Source: Glycera tridactyla (taxonomy: Eukaryota). Taken from it: a stretch of 64,000 nucleotides of DNA. The DNA lies in contig OZ286476.1 of the NCBI GenBank assembly GCA_965644265.1, forward strand, positions 6,882,001 through 6,946,000. The letters are read 5' to 3'. A model generated the notes under the pieces. The model was not told the origin of the DNA. It saw only the letters and a program-made list of their open reading frames with translations, and ran no database searches. Position 1 is the stretch's first letter, and the number at the start of each line of letters is the position of its first letter. The translations under genes and the position numbers were made by a program. Below are positions 1 through 13,957 of this stretch, one piece after another.

Positions 1-242
1 CCTTCCTATTGTGACCACACCTGAGCTATGAGACCGGGATGCAGCTCATCACAGTACTGACCCAGGCAGCTCAAACCTTCCTAATGTGACCACACCTGAG
101 CTATGAGACCGGGATGCAACTCATCACAGTACTGACCCAGGTAGCTCAAACCTTCCTATTGTGACCACACCTGAGCTATGAGACCGAGATGCAACTCATC
201 ACAGTACTGACCCAGGTAGCTCATACCTCCGTAATGTGACCA
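1..242. repeat. Tandem repeat, 75-bp unit, at least 3.2 copies (runs off the window start)
   Basis: ccttcctattgtgaccacacctgagctatgagacc... recurs at 1, 76, 151 and about 226. Confidence 0.93.
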
Positions 243-659
243 TAGGTGATAGTGCAACATGGTCTTTCTATCCAGACTTCTTCATAAGCATTTTTTTTTC
301 AAATTCTTGGAAAAGGACACCTGGAACATATATGTAGTCGAATGGCAGAATCAACATTCAGGGGAGGCAAGCTGCACACTTGGCAAACAGGACCTAAGCA
401 AATCGAATGAACAAAAATCATCGCTTGTGAGTTTTGTTTCTGTGCATGCATATCATGAATCACACTGCATTATGTATACTCAGCATAGTCAAGTATTTGT
501 TCACTGTTCACACTCTCAAGGGGACACATTCTGGTCCACAATCAATGCTGGTATTTTGCACACAAAAAAAGCATTGCTATCAGGATTGATTGTCAGCTTC
601 CAGCCGGTCACATAGTCAGATATAGCATTGGTAGGTTTAATATGTTTATGTTGAGTAGG

Positions 660-842
660 TGGAGGTGCGTCTGACAGTCAGCTACTTCCAATTCGAGTTC
701 CCCTTCATCTTGTGTTCAGGGTTGGTGTAACTGATGCCAGCAGGTGAGTGGACATCTAGCTCTCATTGACCAGGAACACACAGTATACATAATCTTCCGG
801 GTTGATACATGCACTTAAGCCTCAAATAAACAAACAAACAAT
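660..842 (+). mobile_element. SINE-like repeat copy in the opposite orientation, ending in a (caaa)n tail
   Basis: Reverse-complement match to 2776-2990. Confidence 0.75.
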
Positions 843-1118
843 GCGTTTAGACAGAGCTCGCAGTGATCAGCTAAACATTATAATCGATTACCCAAACCTG
901 TCATGTTTGGTAACTGGTCATTACTTCGTATCAGGGGTATTTTGTTTACATCTTTTCACGGGGTCATCAGAGATAGTATGATCCCACAGACAGAAGGACA
1001 GGCACAATGACCAAGACCTAGCCACAAAGATACAGGTGAGCAGACAGACCGACTGACAGAAACACAAACAGACAGCTAGGCTGATTGATTGAATAAATGA
1101 TAATCATTTGATTTATTA

Positions 1119-1395
1119 NNNNNNNNNNNNNNNNNNNNNNNNNNNNNNNNNNNNNNNNNNNNNNNNNNNNNNNNNNNNNNNNNNNNNNNNNNNNNNNNNN
1201 NNNNNNNNNNNNNNNNNNNNNNNNNNNNNNNNNNNNNNNNNNNNNNNNNNNNNNNNNNNNNNNNNNNNNNNNNNNNNNNNNNNNNNNNNNNNNNNNNNNN
1301 NNNNNNNNNNNNNNNNNNNNNNNNNNNNNNNNNNNNNNNNNNNNNNNNNNNNNNNNNNNNNNNNNNNNNNNNNNNNNNNNNNNNNNNNNNNNNNN
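1119..1395. other. Assembly gap (N run)
   Basis: Run of N. Confidence 1.
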
Positions 1396-2775
1396 AGGGA
1401 TCGGTGATCACAAGATGATGGGGAACCTGAAAGGTTGTCAAAGGGAAGTAGCTGACAGTTCAGACACACTTCTACCTACTCTCCATGAACAAAGTGAATC
1501 TAATGATGGCATATCTAACTATGTTACTGGCTGGAAGCCAACACTCAAGCCTGATAGCAATATTTCTTTTTGCAAAGCGCAGCACTTGACACAAAGAAAA
1601 GCATTAGATTCAGAGAATACTCGACCAATGTGTTCAAATACAAACTGTCAACTTCGAGCCAGCTTTACAATCATGGTATGCCCTATGCTCGCAGTACAAT
1701 GCCATCACACAACCTAGTAACCTAGTCGCAGCCTTAGTAACCCAGAACTGGTGTGCCTGGTACCCGCTTTTTGCATAGTGACAATATCTGCTACAGGCAA
1801 ACCATTAGCTACCTACACCACAGACCATTTCACTGAAGAAATAAGAAGGAGCTTAGAGTGATAGAAAAGAGGTGAAGAGAAAGAAACCATGGTGATAGTG
1901 TAATTTTGGTAGAAATTGCCTAAAGACAGATGACAGAAAATTTGAAGGTATGTTTTCATTCAATCCCCCCCCCCCCCCGAAAAACTATTGTGAAAAAGAG
2001 AAGGGACGATGTTACACCTAGGCCACATCATCCCCGATGGCAACACTTCAAGGAAAAAGACCCGCGTCCAGATAGATAGATAGAGAATGAATTCACTCTC
2101 CCGGATTTGATCGAGAAGTGCAAGGAAAACAAACTCAAACTAATCTATCTTGAGAGCGATACATTTGTTTGAGCAAATACCTTGTCATGACGTGAATTCC
2201 AACTGATCCGTCAAGTGAGTTACCATGCCATTTTTTGCTCAGTTTCGTTCAATAGAATCAAACACGTGCAGGTATAGAAAAAGTCATCTTGCAGGGAACA
2301 GGGTATTCTGTTGTAGGAGTCAAGACCATGATGTTCTGTCTTCACAAAAAAATTCATAACTTTCTGATCATCTGAAACATTTACACTTGGTCTTTTCACT
2401 CTGCCAAAACCAAATTCACTCACCCGGGGATTCGGGAGAGTGGTTTGATTCGAAGACTGCATTGGATTGGAATATTTGGTCTGATGAAAGGAATAATGAT
2501 GGATAATAGAGAAGGGTTCAAAAAGAAATGAAAAGCGAGAAGTTGCATCCATATTGAATGTGGAAGTTTATAGATCAGCGGCTGAGCGTGCATTCTAGAC
2601 TGCATTATGTGAGCGTATTCAAGCAGTAAGTGACATGATGCTACTGATACCTGAGGCACACTATCCAGTGTTCTTGTGTTGGGCCAACATGGCTGGAAAT
2701 GCTCTACAGATGTGGAATGAGTATAATAGTTACCAGCCTGTGCTCGGTGGGATCTCCCAAGACTCATCCTTCTGG

Positions 2776-3095
2776 GTTTGTTTGTTTGTTTGTTTGTTTG
2801 TTTGAGGCTTAACGGCATGTATCAACCCACAGGATTATGTATCTCGTGTGTTCCTGGTTAATGAAAGCTAGATGGTCTCTCCCCTGCAGACATCACTCTC
2901 ACAAACCCTGAACACAAGATGATGGGGAACCTGAAAGGTTGTCGAGTGGAAGTAGCTGATGGTTCAGACACACCTCTATCAACTCTACAAAAAAACATAT
3001 TGAACCTGATGATGGCATATCTAACTGTGTAACTCCTTCTGGGTCCCAAGCGGAAGGTGGACATTTATGAAATTCACAGACACTCAAGGTGCCAT
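2776..3095 (-). mobile_element. SINE-like or LINE-3'-end interspersed repeat with a (CAAA)n tail; most complete copy
   Basis: Shared body ...cacaaaccctgaacacaagatgatggggaacc...gtagctga..ttcagacacacctctac and a microsatellite tail; related copies at 660-842 (+) and about 1396-1480, 10430-10500, 15030-15260, 16062-16350, 18815-18930, 60002-60190 (-). Confidence 0.8.
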
Positions 3096-6000
3096 TTCTT
3101 AAAGATACCATATTCGTTTGGTTCATTTCCATCAATGCCAGTTAGTGTCACTGTGTCGCATGCAGCGAAATGAGATGTCCCACGATCAGGTCATTACTTT
3201 GTATAAGTTTGGTCCATATCCATCAATGCTAGCTTCAATGCTAGGTTGACTTAGAGTGTATAATAAGGAAATATATAAATAGCTCCTGTGACCATTGACC
3301 TTTGGGTACAAAAATTAATTTCTGAAGTACGATTTATACATAGATCACAGTTATGGAGGACGGACGCCGGAGGTGAAACTATAATACCCCGCTTTTTCAA
3401 GAGTGGGGTATAACAAGGAAATTATCAATAATGTTGATATGAATGGTTAGTACCAACAGATCCAACTAGAGGGAGCTACATAGGTGAACTGGGACTCACC
3501 ACCAGAGGTCTCTGCAGTGGAATTACAATGGAGTAGCACAGGGAGCAAGGTTGCTACCTGTTCGGTGTATAAGTGCATCTCCACACAGATGGGTACCAAA
3601 GTGTGACATGATGAGTGAATTTCAAATTTCATGATACAACTTTCTTTGATGTATGTGTAACGCCACGTTTTTGATGCCGTGACGTTAGTTAGAATGACAT
3701 GAACAATATAGGGATTTCAGTTAGTGAAGTTCGCGGAATTTCTCTTTTGAGGCCAGCGGCACTAGTTTTCCCATATCGGGAGTGTATAAATTCCTTTCTA
3801 CTCAGGAGATACGAGATATTTTCACATGTATTAGTTGAAAGATATGTGTGATCCCGTTAGTTTCCTAAAAACAGACGTTTTATCTGAAAGACTGTTGGCA
3901 TGACAACTAGTGCTCGAGTTACGCGCGGTAGACTCGCTGTACTCGGTGTGTGCCCTGCTTTATGATATGTATCTGATATGTATCTGAATTTGGGCTAAAG
4001 ATATCCTGAAGATGGGAAAAATATCTTTTGAAGCAAAATATTTAGCACGAGGTGAAGGCCGTTTAGCAGGCGGTTTTTCGCCGTTAGCATTGATCACACA
4101 GTGTAGTGAACGGCTCCCAGAGTTGGCGAAGCTCGGAGTCGCGCCGGAGGAAATAGACAGGTAATAGACATGAAATAGACATGATTTCTTAGAAAACTCG
4201 TCTGATATTGATCTGTGTTAGTCACAAGCCAATACATTCAGAGTATCTGACTTGGAGAAGTTGGCATCGCTTTTCCCGTTCTTATTTCCCGCTCTTTGCT
4301 GGCTCTTCAGGGCAGTTACATAAAAGTGTTCATAGCCTGAATTCTGGCTCTCCAAGTTCGCTGCCTTGGACTTAGAAATGGACTCCAATACAAAACGTTA
4401 GCTCGTTTTGATATATGTAAGTGTTTGAAGTGATTAGAAGCTGTTGTAGGATCTTTTAGGAGACTTTATCAGGAGTCATTGTGCATATTCGCTCCAATGG
4501 CCATTTTAGTATCATGCCATTTCATGTCATCGGATCTTCCATGTTTTGTTTTGAATGCATTGATTTTCGAGAATACGTGGTCTAAGTATCTAAATTTTGC
4601 ATGTTTTTGGATGATTCTGGATGCTAGAATTTTGCTCCATAAATGCCGTTTTGATCCAAAATGATTTGCTGATAATTTTCATAATTTACGACAATCTAAG
4701 GTGTTTCTGTTAATTCCCTGTGCTGTTCCGGAGAATATGGAACCATGTGGAACAGATGAAATTGCGTGGAACTAGGCCGTGTTCCTCCAGTAAAGGTAAA
4801 CATTGTATTTCATGCTTGGACTCACTGAATCCTCCGGGTGAGGGAAGCTGTGTGTATGAACTGCTTAAACGTCTCAATATAGCACCTATGTATCAAATTC
4901 AATTGTTACATAATATCTTGGATTTCTGTGTGACGGAGTTAATTGAATCATTCAAAATTCAATTATCCACACGAGAATTCCAAATAGGAATACAATTGTG
5001 AAAGAAATATTTCTGTAAGATCATTTTCAGTTGAAATAACAACAGAGACGACTGTTTATTTTCTCTCTGGATCTGTGTGTTTTAGACCCCAGCAACTCTA
5101 CCAGTCCATGTAGGCAGAGTTGTAATGAACATATCTAGCTCGGTATGACAATAGCAGCTTGATGTCATGTGTACAAATCTGGTCACCGCTCAGGTGAACT
5201 TTTGCTGCTGGTTTCGTAAATAGCACACACAGCTGATCTGTTTTCTTTAGCTTCCCTAAACATATGAACAGAGATCCAGTCAATCTTTCCGGTGAATTTC
5301 TTTATTGAAAACTGTATTTTTATTGAAACGGCTTGTTTAGAGAAGGTCATTCATATGGTGTGAAAATCTGGAAATTTTGGACGGTTAACCGATCGATTAA
5401 TCGATTAATCGACCGATCATATTTGCTTGAATTTCAGTTTTCTGCTTGTAAAGCTTGCTTGTTTAACGGTCAAATACTAGATTTTTGGTATTTCAAGTTC
5501 TAAGACCACAACTGTCGTATTTGTCATTTGAAGATCCGATGGTGTGTTTATGGTGCTTGTATTTGTAATAGACGCGGTGAGGAGATGACAAACCGAGGCT
5601 TGTTTTGTTTCTACGTAACGTCTGCTTGTGATTCTTGTGCCCAGCCTGAATTTAGACTTTTCGGAGAAGGTCCACTCTGATAAGCTTGATTTCTGTCCTA
5701 AGCGCAATATATCCTAAGCACGGACCCGTCCTAAGCTTGCTTAGTCTTGTGTCATGTCCCTAAGTCCCGTGACCTACTTTCCGAGTAAGACCTCTGTATT
5801 GAGACCAACCTGTCACTTGTGACCACATCGAGATTTTAGGTCTATATGATCTGTGACTTTACGCTGAGCTGTACCTTTGAGGGAAAATACTTTTGAAATG
5901 TTTTTAGGCCATCAAAATGCTGTATTTGTAATTGTTTTGCTTCCGTCATGAATAAGCTGTTAAGCGCTTTCATTTGAGCTCCGAATACTTTCTGATCGTT

Positions 6001-9000
6001 TCTGGAATGAACAGCTGTTTTTTGACTGATCAGACAGATGTGAACAATCCGCCATTTTGGATTTCCATCCGCCATTTTGATGAGCCTCACTTTGAGCTTC
6101 CGATACACTTTACACTTTTCAACAAGTTTGAAACTTTTTCAACTCGGATAAAAAGCTTTTAGCTACTTTAGAATTGATCAGAATTGTTTCTCGGTACATG
6201 TGGATTGCTATTTTAGAACTTCAGTGTGCTGGCTTTACCGCTATTTGTGATTTGACAGCAAGAACTGAAACTTAGCGCGGTGCTTACCTGGCTTACACAT
6301 GGTCTTACCCTGTAAGCGCATTTGTGTTTGTGGTTTGTGACACATGGGACTGCATCTAGATGCATTTTGCTCCGATAATTCTGGAATTTCTTGACTAATT
6401 TCGACTTTAGACTTTGTCAAATGGCTTGTAATGAGTTGAAATTGGGATTCGGTGAATTTTTGAATTCAAACTTAGCACGGACTTGGTTGATCGGAACTTA
6501 GACCCCGCTGCTGCTGCAGCTGTGACTTAGTGCTTTCCGGTCTATGTTAGGTAGGTCATACTCACAGTGATTGGGAGGGGGGAACTTGTGTTGTTTTCAG
6601 ATCTTGCCCCTTGCTGCGGTGAGTGGTATCTTTATCAGACTCTGTCTATAGAGACCACCTGTTTTAAATAGATTAATTTTTCTATTTGAAATTCTTAATT
6701 TGGAATTCATTCAAATTTTTGAATTTAATTTGGTGAGATCTCAACTATTTTTGATTTTGAAAAGCGTGCTTGCTCTTTTCATGCAGACAGTTGGACTTCA
6801 ACTTTTCCGCTGTATTGCTGCTGCATCATGATCCCAGCTGACTGAGAGAGGACTTGGTGTGTTCACCTTTCTAGTTCATTCCCCATGAACTCAGCTCTGG
6901 GGAATGATGATATTTTAATGCCTTCTTCATTAATTGAATAACTTAGTTGGCTTGGTGCCTGCTCCGTTGATAATGGGTTAGTGAATTGAGATTTCTTTTC
7001 AACGGTGATACTTGCTGATTGTCTTTGACAATCTTTACAACTGATTGTTGAAATATTTCGAGTAACTTGATCATTGGTAGCTTGTAGCTTATATTCTTGG
7101 GCTATTTAGTTAGTGGGGAATAAAGTGGGATCCTGCTTTCCCACTATAATAGATCTGGCAAATGCAACATAACTAAGTGCACGCAACAAACAAAAAACAT
7201 TTTAGAGTTGTTTAAAGATATTATATTAAGTGGAATTTTTCTCTTTATGATACTTGGACATTGAGGTAGGAGATTTTTGTCTGTCTTCTTGCAGCGACCA
7301 TCGTGTCTGAGATGTCATAACTGGAGAGGTGCGTACTCTTCAGGTCACACTTATCCCTGGTCACCAAATCCAGGCTTAAGGATGCAGCTACTTGACGACT
7401 TCTAAAGTCTACAATATACCTCAGCTGATGATATGAAGGTGTGACTGGCACAAATGTTCCACCGGTGACGTGTGGACGTTTATTGCCTTATACGGTGAGA
7501 TGTGTTTGTCCGGCTTTATGGATACGGATACGTTTACTTAGAGGAATGGAATGATCCTCTCGTTTCATCCTTCTATGTCCTATACACGTTCTAGTGATCA
7601 CTACACCACACTATCAGCTGAACATGCATTTCACATCCGTGATTCGTCATCACACTTGCATCTAGGTGGCCACTAACATAATTAACTTTAAAAGTTCGAT
7701 ATTTCATCGTGGTTCTTTAACCCTGACTTTTGAGTTATAATTTCTGCAGTGCACTAACAATCTAGACACAGTGTCTTTGACCATGTTCTGATTCCAGCTG
7801 TCCACAGTGGCCACTTCCCAAGCGCTCAAGTCGTCGTTGGATCACAGTTACATATAAGCATATGCACAGGTTTGAATTCAAACATGAATATTCTCGGGAG
7901 AAATAATTGTTATGGCAATGATGTATCTCTATCTGAATGATCTGTCATGAGTATCTAGTGTATTTGTGTACTACGAGGTTATTACTTCTTGTTTCACTGA
8001 TATTTGTGGTTATTATGAATTCTAAATCACTGATCATATGATTTCTGTGACTCAGTGGTATGAATTGAATTCACTTATAGAATTTTGGGTACTATTGACA
8101 ATTGTCAATCCAGTATAATTATACTTCTAGCCAAAGTTGCATCTCAAGGAAGAGGAGGGAATACTCCTACAAGCCTGTCGGATGACTGGTGAAATCTCAT
8201 TGTCAAATTGGAAGGATTACATATGGAATCATTGCCTAATAGCTAGAATTCCACATTTCATTATGGAAAAGATAACTTGATCAACCAATCATTTATGGGA
8301 GAGCTTTGAACTGACCAGGAAGGAACGTAACATACGTTATGTTTGACATGTAAGATCTAATAAATCACTGTATTTGGATAGAATAGATAACTTCCTTTAT
8401 ATATATCATAATGAACAAGACCAGTGCATGTTTTCATAGTCAATCTTACAAGTATGACATGATTCTGTCACATGTTTATGATGATCTACATAATGCATTT
8501 TCTGACATCACCTTCTGATATAATTTGAAGTTTCATCACAAGAATAGATTGTCAACTAGCCATGCATTTTGTGCATCATTTCGGAATATTTGGCAAGTGC
8601 CTTCCACAGAAAACATTATATCAGATGTAAACCACTTCTGTCACAACATGAGTAGCTTTTACATGACATGCCAACATAAAAACATACATCATGATGGACA
8701 TGTCAATCATAATGTATGTTATGAAGGTCATGAAATTACTACTTTTGACGTTCAAAAGAAAATCAGTAGGGTCTGTCTCATACAGGGTGGGTCCAGTTAT
8801 CAATGATTTTTCATCATTAGTCTGGCTCATTCTATTAGATTTCACATGATGAGAATTCTCCAAACAGACGTTATGTTGGACAGTCAATAATATCACCTGT
8901 TATGTTCAAAGACATATAGCCAGTCTTTCAGTTATATAAGTATCACTAATTGTGCCTGTATCGATACAGCATAACTGAATATATTGAATTTAGATGTTCC

Positions 9001-11658
9001 TCGAATTGCAGTACTGCAGCTGATCATGGATAAAGACTTTTGTAACATGTGTGACATTGACCACATTGCAATGATGTCCTGTCATAACATATGTTACTGA
9101 ATACTGTATGTCATATTTGCATGACTCCACAAAGGACTTTAAGCCAGCAATGTTCTCACCAGATAGAGCTGCATTCATCATAAGAGAATTTGACAACGTG
9201 ATACTGATAGGACAGCTCAAAAGGGTATACATTCATAACGTACGTTATTTTGACCAGCAGTCGATGAGTAACACCTGCTACATAGAAGTACCATATTGAC
9301 TCCAATATTAGGAATAGATATGAGGTCCTTCAATTTCAGTCAAGCGTTTCTCAATGCCTGTCAATTATGGTGGATTACTGAATGAAAATCATCGAATCTC
9401 TGTCAAAATGTCATATCTGGTGTAACAGATGTTACTCAGCATAACAGGTGTTATGATATACAGGAGCTATTGATGGAAAACTTATATCAGTTTTGGAAAC
9501 ATTCTCATCGCCATGCTTTCCATGTTTGTGTCGAGATAGCATCATTTTTAGGTACATATGAGAAGACAGTTATCAATAGTTGACACTGCATAATATTCAT
9601 ACAAACTGCCACTAAATGGCAGGCCTCACTTTGAATCGATCAGGCGTTATGCTTGAAAAATTGACAGAAATCATATCCCATTTGACATGGAATAAAAATG
9701 CTCTATCCTGAATCGTCATGCGTGGATTTCTTACCATGTCGACAGGCACAATATGTACGATTCCTGTTCATATCCATTCCAAACTATGATTGAAATCCTA
9801 TCTAATAGCTGTCCAGACATATCAAAGTGTTTGACGGTGCATCTAATTCAAGTGTAGTCTTCAGATAAAACAATATATCTATTCTCTTCAGAATGTACTA
9901 AGTGCATTTCAGATGATCAAGAGTGTTTTTATCGCCTAGAAGGCTATGTTGTGACATCGTGAAATGATGGTGACTGGTATGTCACACTTTTGATGCCTGG
10001 AAACGGGTCTTCTCTAAGAGATAGAATGGTGTTCATCTACAAGTATCCATGATATCATCATCAAACTATCTCGGTTATCTCTCCTTCAGATGGGTAATCA
10101 AACTTGCTCAAGACTGATTCAAAGGAGGAAGTAAGCTATTTAGTAGCTGAACTGAGAAGTGAACATCACAAATTAGACCCATTAGTGTGGAACTGCACAT
10201 ATTTGGTTGCTTGGTTCTGGTTTAATGTCATGTCAGCACCAGCTGGGCTAAATTAACAGACACTCAAGGTACCATTTCTGCGATGCCCACTTAGTCGCCT
10301 CTCACTAAGTTTAACAAGCTTATCTATTCAACTGGCGGTGAGCTGACACTCAAGCCTGATAGACATTGCTTTCCTTTGTTTTGAGCTGTAGCCAGCACCC
10401 GAGTAAATTGTACTTTGCATTCCTCATCCATGATAGGCGGATGTTCTGTCCTTGACAGGCATCACTCTCACAAACCTCAAACACAAGATGCTGTGGAACC
10501 AATCAATGGCCTACTTTAAGCAGATGGCAGCACAGGCAAACCCGGGCCTCGGGAGACGCGGCACCCCGGGTGTGCTCCGCTGCTACATAGTATATTTCCC
10601 CTCACACCAGTCACAACACACTTCACACTTTGTCAGGAGAGGTTACTCAATCACTGGGCTTAGACATTGTATCAGGTTTACCTAGTATATGAATATCTGA
10701 AAGCCATGGTATCAGTCAAAAGGCAACTATCAGACCAGGTTATCTTTGGGCCAAGGGATGATCAGCCACCTTACATTGTATAAGCTACAGCAGTATGCAT
10801 GTGGTATTGGGTAGGGTTGACCGGTTGGGCAAGGGTGGGATTATCAAGTGTATCATACATGTGTTAATACCAGAGTGTAACAAAAATGTTTACTCATGTT
10901 GATGATGATGAACATGTCCCTATGGTAGGCAGATTGGTGAAATTACCTGCCCAAAATATCAATCTGCCTGTTCGCAATATTCAATCAATTGGAGTAAACG
11001 TGCTCTATATACCAACAGGGATGTTTTCTGAGTGATATACCTTCCAGTTCTGCCAAGCAGATGCATACCCTGTTGGGATTTTGTGCAGATCATATCGTCA
11101 TGGTAATCAAAGTTCATCGATCCAAATGTCCAAGACCATCTATCCAAACTAGGTGGAAGTACAGTCGAACCTCCTCTGAAGACCACCTCTCTATAAAGAC
11201 CACCCTGAGCTGCAATGGTGGTAGTATTTCCAACAGTAAATGACCTCTCTATAGAGACCACCTCCCTATGTATAGCCGAAATTACATCATTCCCACTCAC
11301 ATTATGATACAACCAATCTTAAAAAAAAATACACACTTGCCAAAACCGTGGACTTCTTCATCATCTTCAGACACAGTCATCACATACATACAAGTCATAT
11401 AACATGCAAATAAAACTCATGTCATTTCTCCAAAGTAGAGAAAGAAAATTTCAAAATCTCACAAACCCTATTGTTATTTTGTCAACATGGCACACCTGTT
11501 TGGGAGACATCCTCTACACAAAAGTCACCTGCCTACAAAAACCACACTGAGAAATAACTGCAATAAAAATTGAGCATACTCAAGAGATCACCTCTATACA
11601 AAGGTCACGCCTAAATAGACCACCCTACTGATAACTGCAAAAGTACAGTCAAACCTGC

Positions 11659-11838
11659 TACAGTGAAACCTGCGATGAGAGACTGCCCCAAATGTCCCAA
11701 AAAAGTGGTCTCTGAAAAGAGGTGGTCTCTCGTCGGAGGTATATTTGACTATGTCCTATAGAAAAGCCACCCTGAAAAAGCGGTCTCCGGTTGGATGTGG
11801 TCTCTTGTCAGGGGTCTACCGTCGCAGGTTTCACTGTA
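11659..11838. mobile_element. Tc1/mariner (Tigger/pogo-like) MITE, TA|CAGTGAAACC family
   Basis: tacagtgaaacctgcga...tcgcaggtttcactgta; lies in a cluster of degenerate relatives at 11159-12240. Confidence 0.85.
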
Positions 11839-12276
11839 TAGATATCACCTTGATACAAGGGTCCCCTGCCTACATAAACCAACCTGAGTGATAACAGCAA
11901 CACTACAATCAAATCTGCTCGAGAGATCACTTCTATAAAAAGGTCACCAGACTACACAGACCACTCCGAGTGATAACTGCGATAGGGTAGTTTAACCTGC
12001 CTCAAAGATCACCTCTATACAAAGGTCACCTGCCTGCAGTGGTCCCCTGATTGTCGATGTTGAGAGTAAACCTGTCTACAAAGGCCACCTGCGTTACATG
12101 TGACATGCTGGTCACAGACCAGTCAGGTAGCCACTAATAGGAGGTAAATTTGAAGTGAAAATCTAACAACCACTATCAGTGTTGGTCATCAAAGAAAGAT
12201 GGTCGCTATATAGAGGTGGCCATTTGAGCTGGACAGACTGTACAGGTTTGGAATACTGAGAAGCAAGTCGGTATTT

Positions 12277-12396
12277 ATAGTTGCTCAGCATTTATAGCAT
12301 TTGACCATAGTTGCTCAGCATTTATAGCATTTGATCATAGTTGCTCAGCATTTATAGCATTTGATCATAGTTGCTCAGCATTTATAGCATTTGACC
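12277..12396. repeat. Minisatellite, 30-bp unit x4
   Basis: atagttgctcagcatttatagcatttga(c/t)c at 12277, 12307, 12337, 12367. Confidence 0.95.
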
Positions 12397-12459
12397 ACCC
12401 ACCAACTGAGTTGTGATTACTTTGAAGGAATATGGATGACCAGCATGTTATAGAACTGG

Positions 12460-12621
12460 TACAGTAAAACCTGTCTTGGGAGACTGCTCCAAACGCCAGA
12501 GAAGTGGACTGTCAAGACAGGTGGTCTCATTGGAGGAATATTTGACTGTGTCAAATGGAGAAGGGCCAATAAAGAGGGTGGTCTCCCAAAAGAGGGGTCT
12601 CCCAAGACAGGTTTCACTGTA
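12460..12621. mobile_element. Tc1/mariner MITE, TA|CAGT family
   Basis: tacagtaaaacctgtcttgggagac...cccaagacaggtttcactgta. Confidence 0.88.
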
Positions 12622-12882
12622 TTTTACCAAATAAGCAACTTGACTGAGGGCTATCGAGCTTACTTCAACCAACAACACATTGACATGATGTACTTGGTAG
12701 GGCTCATGTGAGTGCTAAATGTACAAAAAAAAAACATATATAGTCAGACAATTGGCTGAATTAGGATGATAATACATGTACTTGGATGACTGACGGAGAG
12801 TGATCCAATAAGGGACCACCTCACACTGGAGACCACTTTCCCAATGGAACTTTTCTACTTGATACAGTCAAATATACCTCTG

Positions 12883-13957
12883 ACAAGGCATAAATGCACA
12901 AATGGCACGCATGTGCGCCGCTAATTCATCCAAGCAGGTGAATCTAGCAAGCATAATCTTTTGCTCCAAGCATTCTCAAGTAATTGCAGTAACAAGGTCA
13001 TGACCTGGGAGATGGAGATCAAGGTCACTCACCATTTTATGGGCTTCTTTTGCTTTCAATTGTGCATATGTGGTGTAAATCTGGTGAATGTTGCTCTAAG
13101 TGTTCTCATGTCATTGGAGTAACAAAGTATCTTTAATGTCAAGGTCATGACCTTGAAGGTGAAGGATGAGGTCAACCACATTTGATGGGATTATCCCCAT
13201 TCATTGGTACATATCTGGCAGAAATTTGATGGATGTAGCTTGAAGTTTTCAAAGTCAAGGTCATGACCTTGAAAATGAAGGTCAAGGTCACAGGCATCTG
13301 ATAGGCTCCTTCCGCCCTTGCCATTGCCCCTCTCACTGTCCTAGCCCCCCCCCCCCCCCCTCCAACCCAGGTGCAATCAATCCTGCTACAACTGCCACCG
13401 CCCCCCCCCCCCACCCCATCCTGTGCCACTCGCTGCTGCCCCACCCCCTGCCCTTCCCACCACAGTTTAATCAAGAGATCAGACAGCTCTGCTGATATGT
13501 GAAAGACTCCACTTGGTGCAAAGACAGTTATATAACCGAGGACGAAATGCGACAAGGCTCCATTCAGAGGACTGGCAGTGTCATTACATAACAGCCTCGG
13601 TAATAGACATCATATGGTCCACTCTTTCCTATTCTGCTGGTAAAAAGTTGCTTTAAAATTCAGGATTCCAGCCTGAATAACTCATCTTCCATGAAAGTCA
13701 TTAGAACAATATTGATACCCAGTATTTTGCCGCTCATGATCTTTATGATTGCGAAATTTCAGAAATATTGCTTGATTAGTTACAGAGTAGTAGCTCAAAG
13801 AAAAACTTTAACCAAAAACTTTAACCAGGAAGTTTACGCCACACGGCCAAACGGCCGCACGGCCGGACGGCCGGACGGCCGGACGGCCGGACGGCCGGAC
13901 AGACGGAATCTGCGCCATTACATAGACACGCATTTTGCTCCGCATGCGTGCCAAAAA
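12883..13957 (+). mobile_element. Helentron-associated (HINE/DINE-1-like) non-autonomous element, inserted into a MITE
   Basis: 11-bp subterminal inverted repeat tggcacgcatg (12903) / catgcgtgcca (13943); (acggccgg)n microsatellite; 3' hairpin cacgcat..atgcgtg; tgaccttga core repeats. Confidence 0.7.

Noticed and set aside
1076-1469. ORFs running through N gaps (also 45216-45494 and 58184-58461)
   Set aside because: Artefacts of ambiguous bases.
6343-6362. TGG right after the putative LTR end as a primer-binding site
   Set aside because: TGGGACTGC does not match the 3' end of any tRNA I can recall.
8621-9500. Words resembling BEL/Pao RT (ITGPTL) on minus and Harbinger transposase (GAIDG) on plus
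   Set aside because: They are isolated 5-6-residue matches on opposite strands without the expected neighbouring motifs.
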